Part shown: positions 1 to 10,871 of the stretch, piece after piece | Position numbering within the stretch: position 1 is the stretch's first letter | Layout of the letters: every line of letters begins with the position of its first letter | NCBI RefSeq assembly: GCF_048270245.1 | Contig: NZ_JBLWTH010000008.1 | Location: 43,839-107,838 of the forward strand | DNA: 64,000 nucleotides | Source of the DNA: Kiloniella sp. | GTDB taxonomy: Bacteria; Pseudomonadota; Alphaproteobacteria; Kiloniellales; Kiloniellaceae | Direction: 5' to 3' | The notes under the pieces: generated by a model | The model's input: only the letters and a program-made list of their open reading frames with translations | What the model was told of the DNA's origin: nothing | The model's database searches: none | Translations under genes and position numbers: made by a program

Positions 1-409
1 AGATAACTTTATCAGGCCAACGGTTTTTATATTGAACAGCAAGAAGACCTAAAATAACGGCTAGAGGAACAGAAAAAAGGGCCGCCCAACCTGCAAGGAA
101 AAGCGTATTACCTAGTCGAGAAGAAATACCTTCTGCTATCGATTTTCCATTTGAATATGCGGTACCTAAATCCCCCTGTAAAAATGCAGACAGCCATTTA
201 AAGTATCGAACGTAAGCCGGGTCATTTAGGCCTAAACTCTTTCTTAAGTTCGCAACAGCTTCCGGTGTTGCTGACTGGCCCAGAATAGATTGTGCGACAT
301 CTCCTGGCAAAATTTGGGTACCGATAAATATCAACCCAGATGCCAGAAAGAGGAGAAGGAGGCCCAACGCTATGCGTTGAGCCACCAAATTTAGAATGGG
401 ATGTCCCAT
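1..409 (-). CDS. ABC transporter permease, DppB/OppB family (partial, runs off window edge)
   Basis: Not in the ORF track. Manual translation from ATG at 409 gives MGHPILNLVAQRIALGLLLLF...LPGDVAQSILGQSATPEAVANLRKSLGLNDPAYVRYFKWL..FLQGDLG, the typical N-terminus of peptide ABC permeases. It follows the SBP gene. Confidence 0.9.
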   Translation of the reverse strand, partial: MGHPILNLVAQRIALGLLLLFLASGLIFIGTQILPGDVAQSILGQSATPEAVANLRKSLGLNDPAYVRYFKWLSAFLQGDLGTAYSNGKSIAEGISSRLGNTLFLAGWAALFSVPLAVILGLLAVQYKNRWPDKVI

Positions 410-419
410 GAGACGCTGA

Positions 420-2006
420 TTACGCCAACCAAGTTTTTGCGAGGGCGAAACCGTTCATCATTTCACCACTTGGATCATCTTCGTAACCGCCGACTTTATC
501 ACTGACAGCAGCAATGAAGTCATTAAACATAGGAACGATCACACCACCTTCGTCACGAACCATCACACCCATTTCACGGTAAAGCGCAATACGTTTTGCC
601 TGATCAAGCTCACCACGTGCTTCAATAAGAAGCTTGTCAAAATCGTCGCGGAAGAAACGCGTGTCATTCCAATCAGCTGTTGATAGATAAGCCGTTGAAT
701 ACATTTGATCTTGAACCGGACGCGATCCGCCCCAATAAGATGCACAGAATGGTTGTTTATTCCACACTTCTGTCCAATACCCGTCATCAGGCTCACGCTT
801 AACGTCAAGCGTAATACCACATTTCGCAGCAGACTGTTGGAATAGCTGCGCAGCATCAACAGCACCAGCAAAGGCAGTACCTGCTGTCCGAAGTTGAACA
901 GGACCTTCGTGGCCTGATTTTTTGAAATGGAACTTTGCTTTATCCGGGTCGAAAGAGCGTTGCTCAATATCTTCAGAGAACAGCGGATAACCACCATTGA
1001 TTGGCATGTCATTACCAACAGATCCATAACCACGCAGGATCTTATCGACCATTTCTTCACGATCAACTGCATACTTCAGTGCAAGACGAAGATCATTGTT
1101 ATCAAACGGTGCTGTGTTGCAGTGCATCAGGAATACATAGTGACCGCGACCAGATACACTTTTCACCTGAAGACCGGGGACACGTTCCAGAAGGTCAGCA
1201 ACCTTTGGCTCCACACGGTTGATCATATGAACCTGACCACCTTGGAGAGCTGCAGTTCTGGCTGTAGCATCGTTTAACACGACAATTTCAACCTGATCGG
1301 CATGGCCACGTGACGGATCCCAATAGTTAGGATTGCGCTCACCGACATGGCGTACACCCGGCTCATTAACAGCAACTTTGTATGGGCCAGTACCGATACC
1401 AGCATCAGGTGCATCCATACCACCGTCGGGCTGAATGATCAGGTGATAATCAGACATCAAGTAAGGTAAATCAGCATTTGCCGTTTTTAGTGTAACAGAG
1501 AAAACATCACCGTCAGCCTTCATGGACTCAATGTTACGCATAACGCCCAAGGCACCGGACTTAGTATCTTCGCCCGAGTGACGTTGCATTGTTTTGAGCA
1601 CATCTTGAGCAGTTACGCTTTTGCCGTTGTGAAACTCAACACCTTTGCGAATTGTAAAATGCCATGTTTTCGCATCAGCTGTCGGCTCAATGCTTTCAGC
1701 TAATCGGTAGTTAATTTCACCAATGCGTGAGACTTCAACAAGCGTTTCACCCCAACATTTACCAAAATCATGGGACACTTGTGTCAGAAAAGATGCCGGA
1801 TCAAGGCTATTTGTACTTTCGCCGCCGCCAAGGCCAGCCTTAAGTGTTCCACCTTTTTTTGGGCCTTCGGCCATTGCCGCACTGGACAACAGACTACCAG
1901 CAGCAGCGGTAGAGACACCGACAGCAGCAGCTTTTCCCATAAACTCACGGCGACCTAATTTACCCTGAGCGGCAAGCTTTGCCAGATAATTAATATGTTG
2001 TGTCAT
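420..2006 (-). CDS. ABC transporter substrate-binding protein, family 5 (peptide/nickel), Tat signal
   Basis: RREFMGKAAA twin-arginine signal; SLDP, LAES, WHFTIRKGVEFHNG and GTGPY family-5 motifs. Start taken at ATG 2006 (track starts at 2030). Confidence 0.92.
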   Translation of the reverse strand: MTQHINYLAKLAAQGKLGRREFMGKAAAVGVSTAAAGSLLSSAAMAEGPKKGGTLKAGLGGGESTNSLDPASFLTQVSHDFGKCWGETLVEVSRIGEINYRLAESIEPTADAKTWHFTIRKGVEFHNGKSVTAQDVLKTMQRHSGEDTKSGALGVMRNIESMKADGDVFSVTLKTANADLPYLMSDYHLIIQPDGGMDAPDAGIGTGPYKVAVNEPGVRHVGERNPNYWDPSRGHADQVEIVVLNDATARTAALQGGQVHMINRVEPKVADLLERVPGLQVKSVSGRGHYVFLMHCNTAPFDNNDLRLALKYAVDREEMVDKILRGYGSVGNDMPINGGYPLFSEDIEQRSFDPDKAKFHFKKSGHEGPVQLRTAGTAFAGAVDAAQLFQQSAAKCGITLDVKREPDDGYWTEVWNKQPFCASYWGGSRPVQDQMYSTAYLSTADWNDTRFFRDDFDKLLIEARGELDQAKRIALYREMGVMVRDEGGVIVPMFNDFIAAVSDKVGGYEDDPSGEMMNGFALAKTWLA

Positions 2007-2472
2007 TCCTATTCTACTCCCTGTTTGCATAAACCTTTTAGGTGAGAATCACATAAGCGTTTAATCGCTTTTATTTTATCATATGATTCAAGTGATTATA
2101 AGGTTTAATTAATTTAATTCCCTGTATTAGATACCTAGACAGCGTCAAAATCTACACAAAGACAAAGTCTTGTTCTCTTGCCAGAAACATAAAACCTATA
2201 CTCACCACCAGCTTTGGTTCTGTTTCCCAGAACCTTATTTTGAATAGAGTCAACTACCCATAACTTTGTCGCATTAAAGACAACAACATCACCAACAGCG
2301 ACTTTCCATCCAAAAAACGTCAACTTTTAATCAAAAAACCACATCTTAGGGTCGTTTATGGTAAAAATTCAATCAAGTTATTTTTTCTAACCAATCAAAT
2401 ACAATCTTTTATGGAACTTAAGGCCCGCGTCACAACTAACGTCTTTTGACATTTTTAAGCAAAAAAGTTAAT

Positions 2473-3966
2473 TTAAAACGTCATCGTAATTGCTTTTGTT
2501 GTTACATAGTTTCGAAGGGCTTCTACTCCCTTTTCACGGCCAATACCTGATGATTTATTGCCCCCAAACGGTACTTCTATACCACCAGCCCAATAATCGT
2601 TAACTGTTACCTGCCCTGAATCAATTGCCTTAGAAAGCTTAAGCGCATGAGTAATGTTTTGTGTATAGACCCCTGCCGCAAGTGCAAAATCAGTGCAGTT
2701 GGCAGCTTCTATAGCTTCATCAAGATTATCGACAACCTGAACAGTTAACACAGGGCCAAAAATTTCCTCTTGAACCAGTTCGTCATTGTTAGGCACATCA
2801 TCCATAATTGTTGGCGCATAGAACCAACCATTCTCTGTTTCTTTAGTATTGATCCGTTCACCGCCGCAAGCAACGGTTATTCCTCGAGCTTTGGCGCGTT
2901 CCACAAAGCCTTCTATTTTCTCCAACTGCTGTAGAGAATTAATCGCACCATAATTTGGATTAGTGAGGGCATGACCTGCTATTAACTGTGAAGTTTTCTC
3001 AACAATCTTTGCCACTAACTCACGATGAATTGTTCTTTCTACGACCAACCTGGATCCTGCAGAGCAAATTTGCCCGGCATTATAATAAATTGCCCAAAGA
3101 ACACCCTCCGCCGTTTTTTCTATATCGCAGTCAGAAAGCGCTACAATCGGTGATTTCCCGCCAAGTTCCAGTGTTACGCTGCTGATGTTTTTGGCAGCAG
3201 CTTCCATCACCAGCGTTCCTGTACCTACTGAGCCTGTAAAGGTGATGTGTTGAACCTTCGGGTGATTGACTAGTGGGCTTCCAGCATTCGCCCCTGTACC
3301 GGTTACAACGTTATAAACACCTTTGGGAAGGCCGGCCTCAACAAAGACATCTGCCAACAATAGTGCTGTCAAAGGGGTTTGCTCTGCAGGCTTTACCACA
3401 GCTGTACACCCTGCGGATAAAGCGGGGGCGACACCTCTTATTGTTGTAGCAAGAGGGTAATTCCAAGGAATAATATGTGCGGTAACACCAACAGCTTCAA
3501 CACTAGAAAATGAGAAGACACCATCCCCCAAAGGGAAAGTATCGCCCTGAATTTTATCAGCGAAACCAGCATAATAACGTAGTGCTCCAACAGAGCTCGC
3601 AACATCTCCCCGAGCTTCGTCCAGTGGCTTACCAGAATCAAGGGCTTCAACCACAGCAAAATAATCAGCCTTTTGCTCCAATATATCAGCAGCCTTAAAA
3701 AGTATGAGGCCGCGCTTACTGGGTTTCATATCACGCCAAATATTGACAAAGGCATCCCTGGCAGCTTCAACAGCCTCATCAACATCTTCAGACTGCCCAG
3801 CACTGACAGATGCAAATACCTTACCATTACCCGGATCTTTGCTGTCAATCATCTCTGTTGTTGATGCAGGAACCCACGCTCCATTAATGAACAGCTTATT
3901 TGGCAACCCCAGTAATGTACCTGTTTGAAAATATTCGCTGATCAGCGCATCTGTTGATTTCGTCAT
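2473..3966 (-). CDS. NAD(P)+-dependent aldehyde dehydrogenase
   Basis: PWNYP, FTGSVGTG, LELGGKSP, GQICSAGSR (catalytic Cys) and EEIFGPVL motifs. AGGTG SD before ATG 3966. Confidence 0.95.
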   Translation of the reverse strand: MTKSTDALISEYFQTGTLLGLPNKLFINGAWVPASTTEMIDSKDPGNGKVFASVSAGQSEDVDEAVEAARDAFVNIWRDMKPSKRGLILFKAADILEQKADYFAVVEALDSGKPLDEARGDVASSVGALRYYAGFADKIQGDTFPLGDGVFSFSSVEAVGVTAHIIPWNYPLATTIRGVAPALSAGCTAVVKPAEQTPLTALLLADVFVEAGLPKGVYNVVTGTGANAGSPLVNHPKVQHITFTGSVGTGTLVMEAAAKNISSVTLELGGKSPIVALSDCDIEKTAEGVLWAIYYNAGQICSAGSRLVVERTIHRELVAKIVEKTSQLIAGHALTNPNYGAINSLQQLEKIEGFVERAKARGITVACGGERINTKETENGWFYAPTIMDDVPNNDELVQEEIFGPVLTVQVVDNLDEAIEAANCTDFALAAGVYTQNITHALKLSKAIDSGQVTVNDYWAGGIEVPFGGNKSSGIGREKGVEALRNYVTTKAITMTF

Positions 3967-4025
3967 AATCACACCTAAAGGCCTTATCGTTTTTATTTAA
4001 CTATGTTCTATATTCAAAGATTTTA

Positions 4026-5147
4026 TCAAAAGCGTGAAGCATTATAGCTCACCTGATAATCCGCACTCGCAAGCCACAGAGGATCAATTTCAATCCCCCA
4101 CCCCGGTTTATCTGAAATAATAAGGTCGCCATTCACAATTTCATACCCGGGGTCAAACAAACCTGCCTGCCACGGATAGTAATCCAATCCCTCGATTGAG
4201 AATTCGAGATATTTGCCAGGGTTATTAATTGCCGCCATAAAGTGAGCAGAAAACAACGTTATAAGAGAAAGGTTCGCACAATGTAGCGTACAGGGAATTT
4301 TTGCTGCTTCAGCCAATTTTGCAACTTCGAGGCTTCGCGTAATGCCACCCATATAACATATATCCGGTTGAACAATATCAACAACCCTGCCTTGGATAAT
4401 CTGGTTCCAGACAACCATGTTGTTATCTTGCTCTCCACCAGACACATCAAGATCCAGAGCCTCTTTTACCTGTTTCGTCCAATCCAGTTCCCAATAAGGA
4501 CAAGGTTCTTCAAAATGGCCAATACCGTAATCCTGCAATAAATGCCCAACCTCAATAGCCTTTTGCGGTGTGTAGGCGCTATTGGCATCTACCAAAAGAG
4601 TAATATCATCACCAAGAGTTTCTCGTACCTTTTTTACGATTTCTTCCGTACGTCCCGGCCACTGATCAACATCGTGACCACATTCGCGCCCTACTCTGAA
4701 TTTGAATGACTTGTAGCCAAATTGTTCTCGAAGGGCGACAAATCTTTCGGCCTCTTCTTCCGGTGTAATATCGCGACGCATACTTGATGCATAGACAGGA
4801 AAACTCTTTCGCGTGCTGCCGAGTAAACTGGCAACGCTTTTTCCTGCGCGTTTACCATGGATATCCCAAAGGGCTGTATCAACACCACAAAGGGCGCGAT
4901 AGAGATAACTCCCCGGAAATTTGTGCTCTCGCTCTAGCACCGTTTGGGTTATAGCCTTGAGATCGGAAGCATCCTTTCCAAGTGTATGTGGCGCAATGTG
5001 CCTGTGTACGATTTGCGATGTGATATCTGCATTATAGGTTGAGACCTGCCCCCATCCCTCATCACCTTCGACTGTTCGTACCCGAACAAAACCGACATAT
5101 TCATTGGTAAAGGTTTCAATGCTTGCTATTTTCACGCTGGATCTCAC
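4026..5147 (-). CDS. Mandelate racemase/muconate lactonizing enzyme family (enolase superfamily), substrate unknown
   Basis: DTALWDIHGK capping-domain motif; metal ligands VDAN, EEP and GGE; DICYMGG. Start could be GTG 5135. Confidence 0.9.
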   Translation of the reverse strand: MRSSVKIASIETFTNEYVGFVRVRTVEGDEGWGQVSTYNADITSQIVHRHIAPHTLGKDASDLKAITQTVLEREHKFPGSYLYRALCGVDTALWDIHGKRAGKSVASLLGSTRKSFPVYASSMRRDITPEEEAERFVALREQFGYKSFKFRVGRECGHDVDQWPGRTEEIVKKVRETLGDDITLLVDANSAYTPQKAIEVGHLLQDYGIGHFEEPCPYWELDWTKQVKEALDLDVSGGEQDNNMVVWNQIIQGRVVDIVQPDICYMGGITRSLEVAKLAEAAKIPCTLHCANLSLITLFSAHFMAAINNPGKYLEFSIEGLDYYPWQAGLFDPGYEIVNGDLIISDKPGWGIEIDPLWLASADYQVSYNASRF

Positions 5148-5216
5148 TCAATAAAAATCTATGGCGTACTATTAGTCCAAGCTTGAAGATAAAAGCAAAC
5201 GAAGTATTATTCGCCT

Positions 5217-5235
5217 AAGACATCATTTTATTTGA
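5217..5235. promoter_or_regulatory. Putative LysR operator (TCA-N7-TGA) in the divergent promoter
   Basis: AAGACATCATTTTATTTGA contains a T-N11-A dyad and is 16/18 identical to 7906-7923. Confidence 0.5.
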
Positions 5236-5254
5236 AGCTGATAATCGTACTCAC

Positions 5255-6157
5255 ATGGCATATCAACTCCCCCCTCTAAACTGGTTGCGCGCGTTCGAAG
5301 CCGCCGCCCGCTATAATAACTTCACGACCGCAGCCAAAGAGCTCAACCTCACCCCAGCTGCAGTTAGCCATCAAGTAAGGTCGCTTGAAAAAGAGCTGGA
5401 CTTCCTGTTATTCGAGCGACTAGCCCGCAGTTTAAAGTTAACCGACAAGGGAAGAGCTTACCTACCAGCAGTACGACGAGCGTTCGAAGATATATCAGTC
5501 TCAACGACTGGGCTGTTCGGCACCAAGGGCAAACAGACGATCAATATTCTCTGTACTGTTGCCTTTTCCGTTTCCTGGTTGGCACCAAGGTTAAAAGATT
5601 TCCTCACAAAGTATCCCGATATCAATATCAGATTACACACCGCGATCTGGACAGAATCACTCGATCACGACAACATTGATATTGATATTCGCAGCGGACA
5701 TGGTAACTGGCCTGGTTTTCACAGTCAGAAAATACACACAGAACCTTCAGTTCTCGTGGCAACACCAGACAATGTGAAGCTTCTAAAACAATCCATCGAG
5801 ACTGGCGATAAATCCCTTATCAATCACCTCTGTTGTGTCAGGATTATGGGTTGTGAAGGCCGCTGGCAAAAAATATTCGAGACTCACCTTAAAGGAGCAG
5901 ATCTCGAGGTAAATATCACAGTGGATACCTCTCTGAATTCGGTGCAGTTGGCATCCTCTGGCGCTTGCGTTTCACTTGTCTTAAAAGCCCATGCCCAACC
6001 AGATCTCGATAGCGGAAAATTAATGAGGGTTGTCGAGCAAGACTTCGATTACGATGATTCTCATTACTTGTTAACACCAATAAAAGACGAAAAATCTAAA
6101 CCTGAAAGTTTGTTATTTAGAAACTGGTTACTGGATCAAGCTCAGATAGAACAGTAG
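5255..6157 (+). CDS. LysR-family transcriptional regulator, GcvA-like
   Basis: LPPLNWLRAFEAAAR..FTTAAKELNLTPAAVSHQVRSLE HTH; divergent from the MR/MLE gene. Confidence 0.95.
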   Translation: MAYQLPPLNWLRAFEAAARYNNFTTAAKELNLTPAAVSHQVRSLEKELDFLLFERLARSLKLTDKGRAYLPAVRRAFEDISVSTTGLFGTKGKQTINILCTVAFSVSWLAPRLKDFLTKYPDINIRLHTAIWTESLDHDNIDIDIRSGHGNWPGFHSQKIHTEPSVLVATPDNVKLLKQSIETGDKSLINHLCCVRIMGCEGRWQKIFETHLKGADLEVNITVDTSLNSVQLASSGACVSLVLKAHAQPDLDSGKLMRVVEQDFDYDDSHYLLTPIKDEKSKPESLLFRNWLLDQAQIEQ

Positions 6158-6183
6158 CTTTAAACGCATAAACCTATAAGGAT

Positions 6184-7809
6184 TTATGCATCATCTAAAA
6201 CAAGGTCGGCCCCTTTTTCACCGACCATAATAGCGGCTGCATTGGTGTTTCCCGATGGCACGTTAGGGAAGATTGATGCATCAATCACGCGAAGGCCTTC
6301 AACGCCATGAACCCTGAGTTTGGGGTCAACGACAAACGTTTCTGGATCAGGCCCCATTCTACAGGTTCCTGAAGGATGGAAACAGGTCCAAGCGTAACCG
6401 CGAATATCGGCGATTAACTCTTCGTCTGTTTTACATTCTTTCCCCGGGCGAAACTCCTCGATGATAATATCTTTAAAGGTTTTGGTTTCGGCTAATTTTC
6501 TTAGATACTTCACACCTTCAAGCATCTCAGAAACATCTTCGTCGGTAGAAAGATAATTTGGCTTTATCATTGGTGGTTCAAACGGATCATTCGATTTAAT
6601 ATTTATCTCACCGCGCGAAGTCGGACGACAGTTTGTTAAACCCAGTTGAAAAGCAGAAAACGGATCAGGATTGAGCATCGGTCGCGTTCCCGCTGGTGCC
6701 CGCGTATAGCTAACAGGGGAGAAATAAAGCTGTATATTCGGCTGTTCCAAATCCGGTCGGGTTTTAATAAAGCCTCCTCCCTGATTGATACTCAGACTAA
6801 GAGGACCGCGGCGGAACAGGACATATTTCAGCCCGGCAACCAACTTGCCCCACCAAGAGTGCAATTCATCATTAAGGCTGGGGACAGTGCAGGAATAAAG
6901 ATAATCCATTCCGATATGATCTTGCAGATTTTGTCCAACGGCCGGGTTATCAACGACAATCGGTATATTGTGTTCATCAAGTAATGCCTTGGGACCAATC
7001 CCCGACAGTTGTAGCAATTGCGGGCTATTGATGGAACCACCACTCAGAATTACTTCTTTGTTGGCTGTAATTGTAGAAGTTTTTCCTTTGCGGACATACT
7101 CAACACCGACAGCTTTTTTTCCCTCAAAAAGAATTTTTGAAACGTGGGCATGGGTGACAAGTTTAAGGTTTTTACGCTTTAAGGCCGGATGTAGAAATGC
7201 TTTGGCTGCGGACTCACGAAAACCGTTGCGCGTTGTTGTCTGATAAAGACCGATGCCTTCCTGTTCAGCACCATTGAAGTTTTCATTATAAGCAAGACCG
7301 AGCTCTTGCCCTGACCGAATAAAGTTTTGGCAGAGGGGGTGTAAATCTTTTGAAACATCAGAAACATGCATTGGGCCATCCGTGCCCCGAAAGCCATCAT
7401 CCCCCAGTTGATTAACTTCTGATTTTTTAAAATAGGGCAGAACATCCCGATAACTCCATCCCGGATTTCCAAGTGCAGCCCAATCATCGTAATCCTTTTT
7501 ATGGCCCCGGATATACACCATGGCATTAATTGAGCTGGATCCACCAAGCACCTTTCCACGCGGCCAATAACTCTGTCTGTTTGCCGTACCTTCATCCGCT
7601 TCGGTCAGGTACATCCAGTTGACGGCTTTTTGGTAATATGTCTTTCCGTAGCCAATTGGAACTTGAACCCAAAAACGTTTATCGCTTCCTCCGGCCTCGA
7701 CAATCAAAACAGAATATTTGCCGCTTTCACTTAGGCGATTAGCTAAAACACAGCCTGCAGAACCTGCACCAACAATGATATAGTCAAAAGACTGCTTTTC
7801 TTTGCCCAT
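6184..7809 (-). CDS. GMC-family oxidoreductase (choline dehydrogenase-like)
   Basis: GAGSAG FAD motif, RGKVLGGSSSINAM, VGQNLQDH, HPSGTCRMG and NTNAA. Confidence 0.93.
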   Translation of the reverse strand: MGKEKQSFDYIIVGAGSAGCVLANRLSESGKYSVLIVEAGGSDKRFWVQVPIGYGKTYYQKAVNWMYLTEADEGTANRQSYWPRGKVLGGSSSINAMVYIRGHKKDYDDWAALGNPGWSYRDVLPYFKKSEVNQLGDDGFRGTDGPMHVSDVSKDLHPLCQNFIRSGQELGLAYNENFNGAEQEGIGLYQTTTRNGFRESAAKAFLHPALKRKNLKLVTHAHVSKILFEGKKAVGVEYVRKGKTSTITANKEVILSGGSINSPQLLQLSGIGPKALLDEHNIPIVVDNPAVGQNLQDHIGMDYLYSCTVPSLNDELHSWWGKLVAGLKYVLFRRGPLSLSINQGGGFIKTRPDLEQPNIQLYFSPVSYTRAPAGTRPMLNPDPFSAFQLGLTNCRPTSRGEINIKSNDPFEPPMIKPNYLSTDEDVSEMLEGVKYLRKLAETKTFKDIIIEEFRPGKECKTDEELIADIRGYAWTCFHPSGTCRMGPDPETFVVDPKLRVHGVEGLRVIDASIFPNVPSGNTNAAAIMVGEKGADLVLDDA

Positions 7810-7905
7810 AGCTCAAAACCTGAAAAATACGTTCCAAATGAATTTCTTTTTTCATTTATGAGCAAAATTTTACGTATTTCAAACAATATTTTGCCTAGCT
7901 TAAAC

Positions 7906-7924
7906 AAGACATCATTACATTTGT
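7906..7924. promoter_or_regulatory. Second copy of the putative LysR operator, upstream of the GMC gene
   Basis: AAGACATCATTACATTTGT, 16/18 identical to 5217-5234. Confidence 0.5.
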
Positions 7925-7978
7925 CACTAGAGGCGTGATGATTTGTTTAAAAGACCATATGCTATTGATATAATTAAA

Positions 7979-8761
7979 TTACTTACCTTTCCAGATTGGA
8001 GATCTTTTTTCAACAAAAGCAAGCGATCCCTCTTTAGAGTCTTCGCTGTGCAGCATCTTTTCATAGTAGTGCCACTTCCCGGAACGCATATCTTGATAAC
8101 AAGCTTCATCATCAAGATCTGATGTTTTTTGCAAGACTTCTTTGACAGCCATAACAGACAGAGGCGCCGCTTCTAAAATTTGTTCCGCGAATTCTCTGGC
8201 AACCGACATGAGGTCTTCAGCGCCAACAACTTTATTTACCAGCCCCCATTGTGCTGCTTCATTGGCATCCATGCGCCGCCCAGTTAAAAGAAGTTCCATG
8301 GCAACTGCCCTGGGAAGTCTTTTAGGAAGGCGGAATGATGCTGCATCAGCGATCAGTCCAACCTTTGCTTCTGGAAGGAAAAATTGTGCATGATCTGCTG
8401 CAATAATAAAATCAGCAGCGAGAGCAAGCTCAAAACCTCCGCCAACAGCCATTCCATTTACAGCAGCAATAATTGGCTTATAGCAATCATGGAGTTCTGT
8501 TATTCCCGCAAATCCTCCTGGACCATAGTCAGTATCAGGGGCCTCGCCTTCGCTACTGGCAACCAAATCCCATCCGGCTGAAAAAAACTTTTCACCGCCA
8601 CCAGTTAAAATAGCGACACGAAGGTCGGGGGCATCACGAAAATCGCAAAAAACCTTTCCCATTACCTTACTTGTTGCGGCATCAATAGCGTTTGCTTTTG
8701 GGCGATCCAGTGTCACTTCCAGAATAGCCCCTCGTCTCTCAACTTTTACAACTTCTGACAT
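7979..8761 (-). CDS. caiD: Crotonobetainyl-CoA hydratase / carnitinyl-CoA dehydratase
   Basis: Closely follows the CaiD pattern ([48 protein letters not shown]); lies in the carnitine cluster. Confidence 0.88.
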   Translation of the reverse strand: MSEVVKVERRGAILEVTLDRPKANAIDAATSKVMGKVFCDFRDAPDLRVAILTGGGEKFFSAGWDLVASSEGEAPDTDYGPGGFAGITELHDCYKPIIAAVNGMAVGGGFELALAADFIIAADHAQFFLPEAKVGLIADAASFRLPKRLPRAVAMELLLTGRRMDANEAAQWGLVNKVVGAEDLMSVAREFAEQILEAAPLSVMAVKEVLQKTSDLDDEACYQDMRSGKWHYYEKMLHSEDSKEGSLAFVEKRSPIWKGK

Positions 8762-10839
8762 TAATTCACTCTTTCTTCTGAAGACATACGGATCATGGCA
8801 TCTGCTATAACAACGCCTTTTCCTTTTGGAAGCACCATAACGGGGTTTAAATCCATTTCGGCAAGTTTCTTTTCATTATGTAAGGCAAAATCTGCAACCG
8901 ATAAGATCGTATCAATCAACGCATCAATATCACCAGCAGGTTGGCCACGATAGCCTTCCAACAACTTGTAGAGTTTGAGTTTCTTCAAAGCGACATGGAT
9001 ATCATCACGTGAAACTGGTAATAGTAATGCTATTGAATCCTGCATCAACTCAACCCAAATACCGCCAGAACCCACGACAAGAGAAAGCCCAAACTGAGGA
9101 TCGCGTGTCACACCGATGATAACTTCGGCAACAACATCTTTAATCATGCTTTCGACAAGAACTTTGTCAGACAAATGCGCCATTCTTTCTGCCGCACAAG
9201 TTACCTCTTTAGCACTTTGAAGGTTCAAAGCCACGCCACCGACTTCTGTCTTATGGGCGAGATCGGCACTCACAGCCTTAACAACAACCGGAAAACCAAT
9301 TCGTTCCGCAGTGAAACCAGCTTCTGAAATCGTAACCGTTTCACTTCTGGGTATTGGAAGTCCGTGTTCTTTTAGAATTGACTTTGCATGGGTTTCATCA
9401 AGTAAAACAATTTCATTTTCGACCTCTGAGAATTTCCTGACAGTAGAAGATACGTTATTATTCGCAAGCTCCTTCCATCTGGCATTTATCCATGCGGCGG
9501 ATGAAATTGCTTTTAGACCATCTTCGACGCCTTGTAGAGGTACGACGTTGTTTCTAATTAGAGTGGATCGTGCTTTTTCAGGAAGGTTTTCCGGAAGTGT
9601 GGCAAGAACAGCCGCTTGATAACCAGAGTTTCTCTGTGCTGCAATCATGGCGTCAAGTGCGATATCCCACTCGTGGGCTTCGCTTAAATCACTCTTGGGA
9701 TAATCCAGAACCAAAAGACTGATGTCATACTCCCCCTGCATAACACGTGTAAAACAGTTGGTTTTTTCTTCGACATCCCCCCAGATATAGGTGTGGTAAT
9801 CAAAGGGATTTGATATAGAAACCTTGTCTCCAAGTTGCTTTTGCAACTGCGATGCCTGAACATCGGGGATCGGCTTGAATTTTAATCTGAGCTTACTGCC
9901 AAAATCAGCAATCAAAGCTGCATCACCTCCGGAACAACTAAGAGAAGATATATTATTACCCGAAAGAGGTCCCGCAACATGAAGTAACTTTAGGGTTTCG
10001 ATCATCTCGCTAAGCGTACGAACGCGAGCGATCCCTATGCGCTGAAACAAAGCGGAATAAAGTTCATCAGACCCAGCCAAGGTTGACGTATGGCTTAGGG
10101 CAATCTCGGCCCCGATGTCAGACCCACCTGATTTTAAGGCAACTACCGGTATGCCCTTACTTCTGGCCTTATTAACAGCACGACAAAAACCAGAGATATC
10201 ATCAACACCTTCCATATGAAGGCCAATCGCCGTCACTCGATCATCATCACAAAGCGCATCAATGTAATCAGGCATAGATAACACGGCCTGATTACCAACA
10301 GAAATCATATAAGCAATGGGCAGTGATCTTTCCTGCATTGTCAGGCTGATGCCGATATTTCCACTTTGGGTAATGATCGCGACACCTTTATCAACATGTT
10401 GCCCGCCATGATGATCAGGCCAGAGAGCAGCGCCATCCAGATAATTTAAAATACCGTAACAATTCGGGCCAACCAACGCCAAATCACCTACGCTACTCAT
10501 CAGATCAGTATGGTATCCCTGTCCGTCAGAGGTTTCGGAAAAACCAGATGCATAACAAATTACGCCACCTGCCCCCATCTTCTCTAGATCTTTAATCACG
10601 GATATAGCTGGTTCGCGAGGTATCGCGACGAAAGCGGCATCAGGTGCTGTTGGCAGATCGTTTACCGATGCAAAGCACTTTAATCCTTCAATCTCATTTC
10701 TGCGCGCATTTACGGCCCACATTTCCCCCTGAAAACCCGTTTTGCGGCTTTGCCGGATGACTTCAGCTGCCTCAGCCCCACCAATAACAGCAATGCTCTT
10801 GGGGCAAAGAAGGCGTTTTATATTTGCTGATTTTGACAT
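8761..10839 (-). CDS. NDP-forming acyl-CoA synthetase (alpha/beta fused); probable gamma-butyrobetainyl-CoA synthetase
   Basis: CoA-binding domain ([18 protein letters not shown]), SHT phospho-His motif, ATP-grasp C-terminus ([14 protein letters not shown]). Substrate inferred from context only. Confidence 0.85.
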   Translation of the reverse strand: MSKSANIKRLLCPKSIAVIGGAEAAEVIRQSRKTGFQGEMWAVNARRNEIEGLKCFASVNDLPTAPDAAFVAIPREPAISVIKDLEKMGAGGVICYASGFSETSDGQGYHTDLMSSVGDLALVGPNCYGILNYLDGAALWPDHHGGQHVDKGVAIITQSGNIGISLTMQERSLPIAYMISVGNQAVLSMPDYIDALCDDDRVTAIGLHMEGVDDISGFCRAVNKARSKGIPVVALKSGGSDIGAEIALSHTSTLAGSDELYSALFQRIGIARVRTLSEMIETLKLLHVAGPLSGNNISSLSCSGGDAALIADFGSKLRLKFKPIPDVQASQLQKQLGDKVSISNPFDYHTYIWGDVEEKTNCFTRVMQGEYDISLLVLDYPKSDLSEAHEWDIALDAMIAAQRNSGYQAAVLATLPENLPEKARSTLIRNNVVPLQGVEDGLKAISSAAWINARWKELANNNVSSTVRKFSEVENEIVLLDETHAKSILKEHGLPIPRSETVTISEAGFTAERIGFPVVVKAVSADLAHKTEVGGVALNLQSAKEVTCAAERMAHLSDKVLVESMIKDVVAEVIIGVTRDPQFGLSLVVGSGGIWVELMQDSIALLLPVSRDDIHVALKKLKLYKLLEGYRGQPAGDIDALIDTILSVADFALHNEKKLAEMDLNPVMVLPKGKGVVIADAMIRMSSEERVN

Positions 10840-10871
10840 TTAAGAACTCCCCAGATCAATGACGTGGCCGA

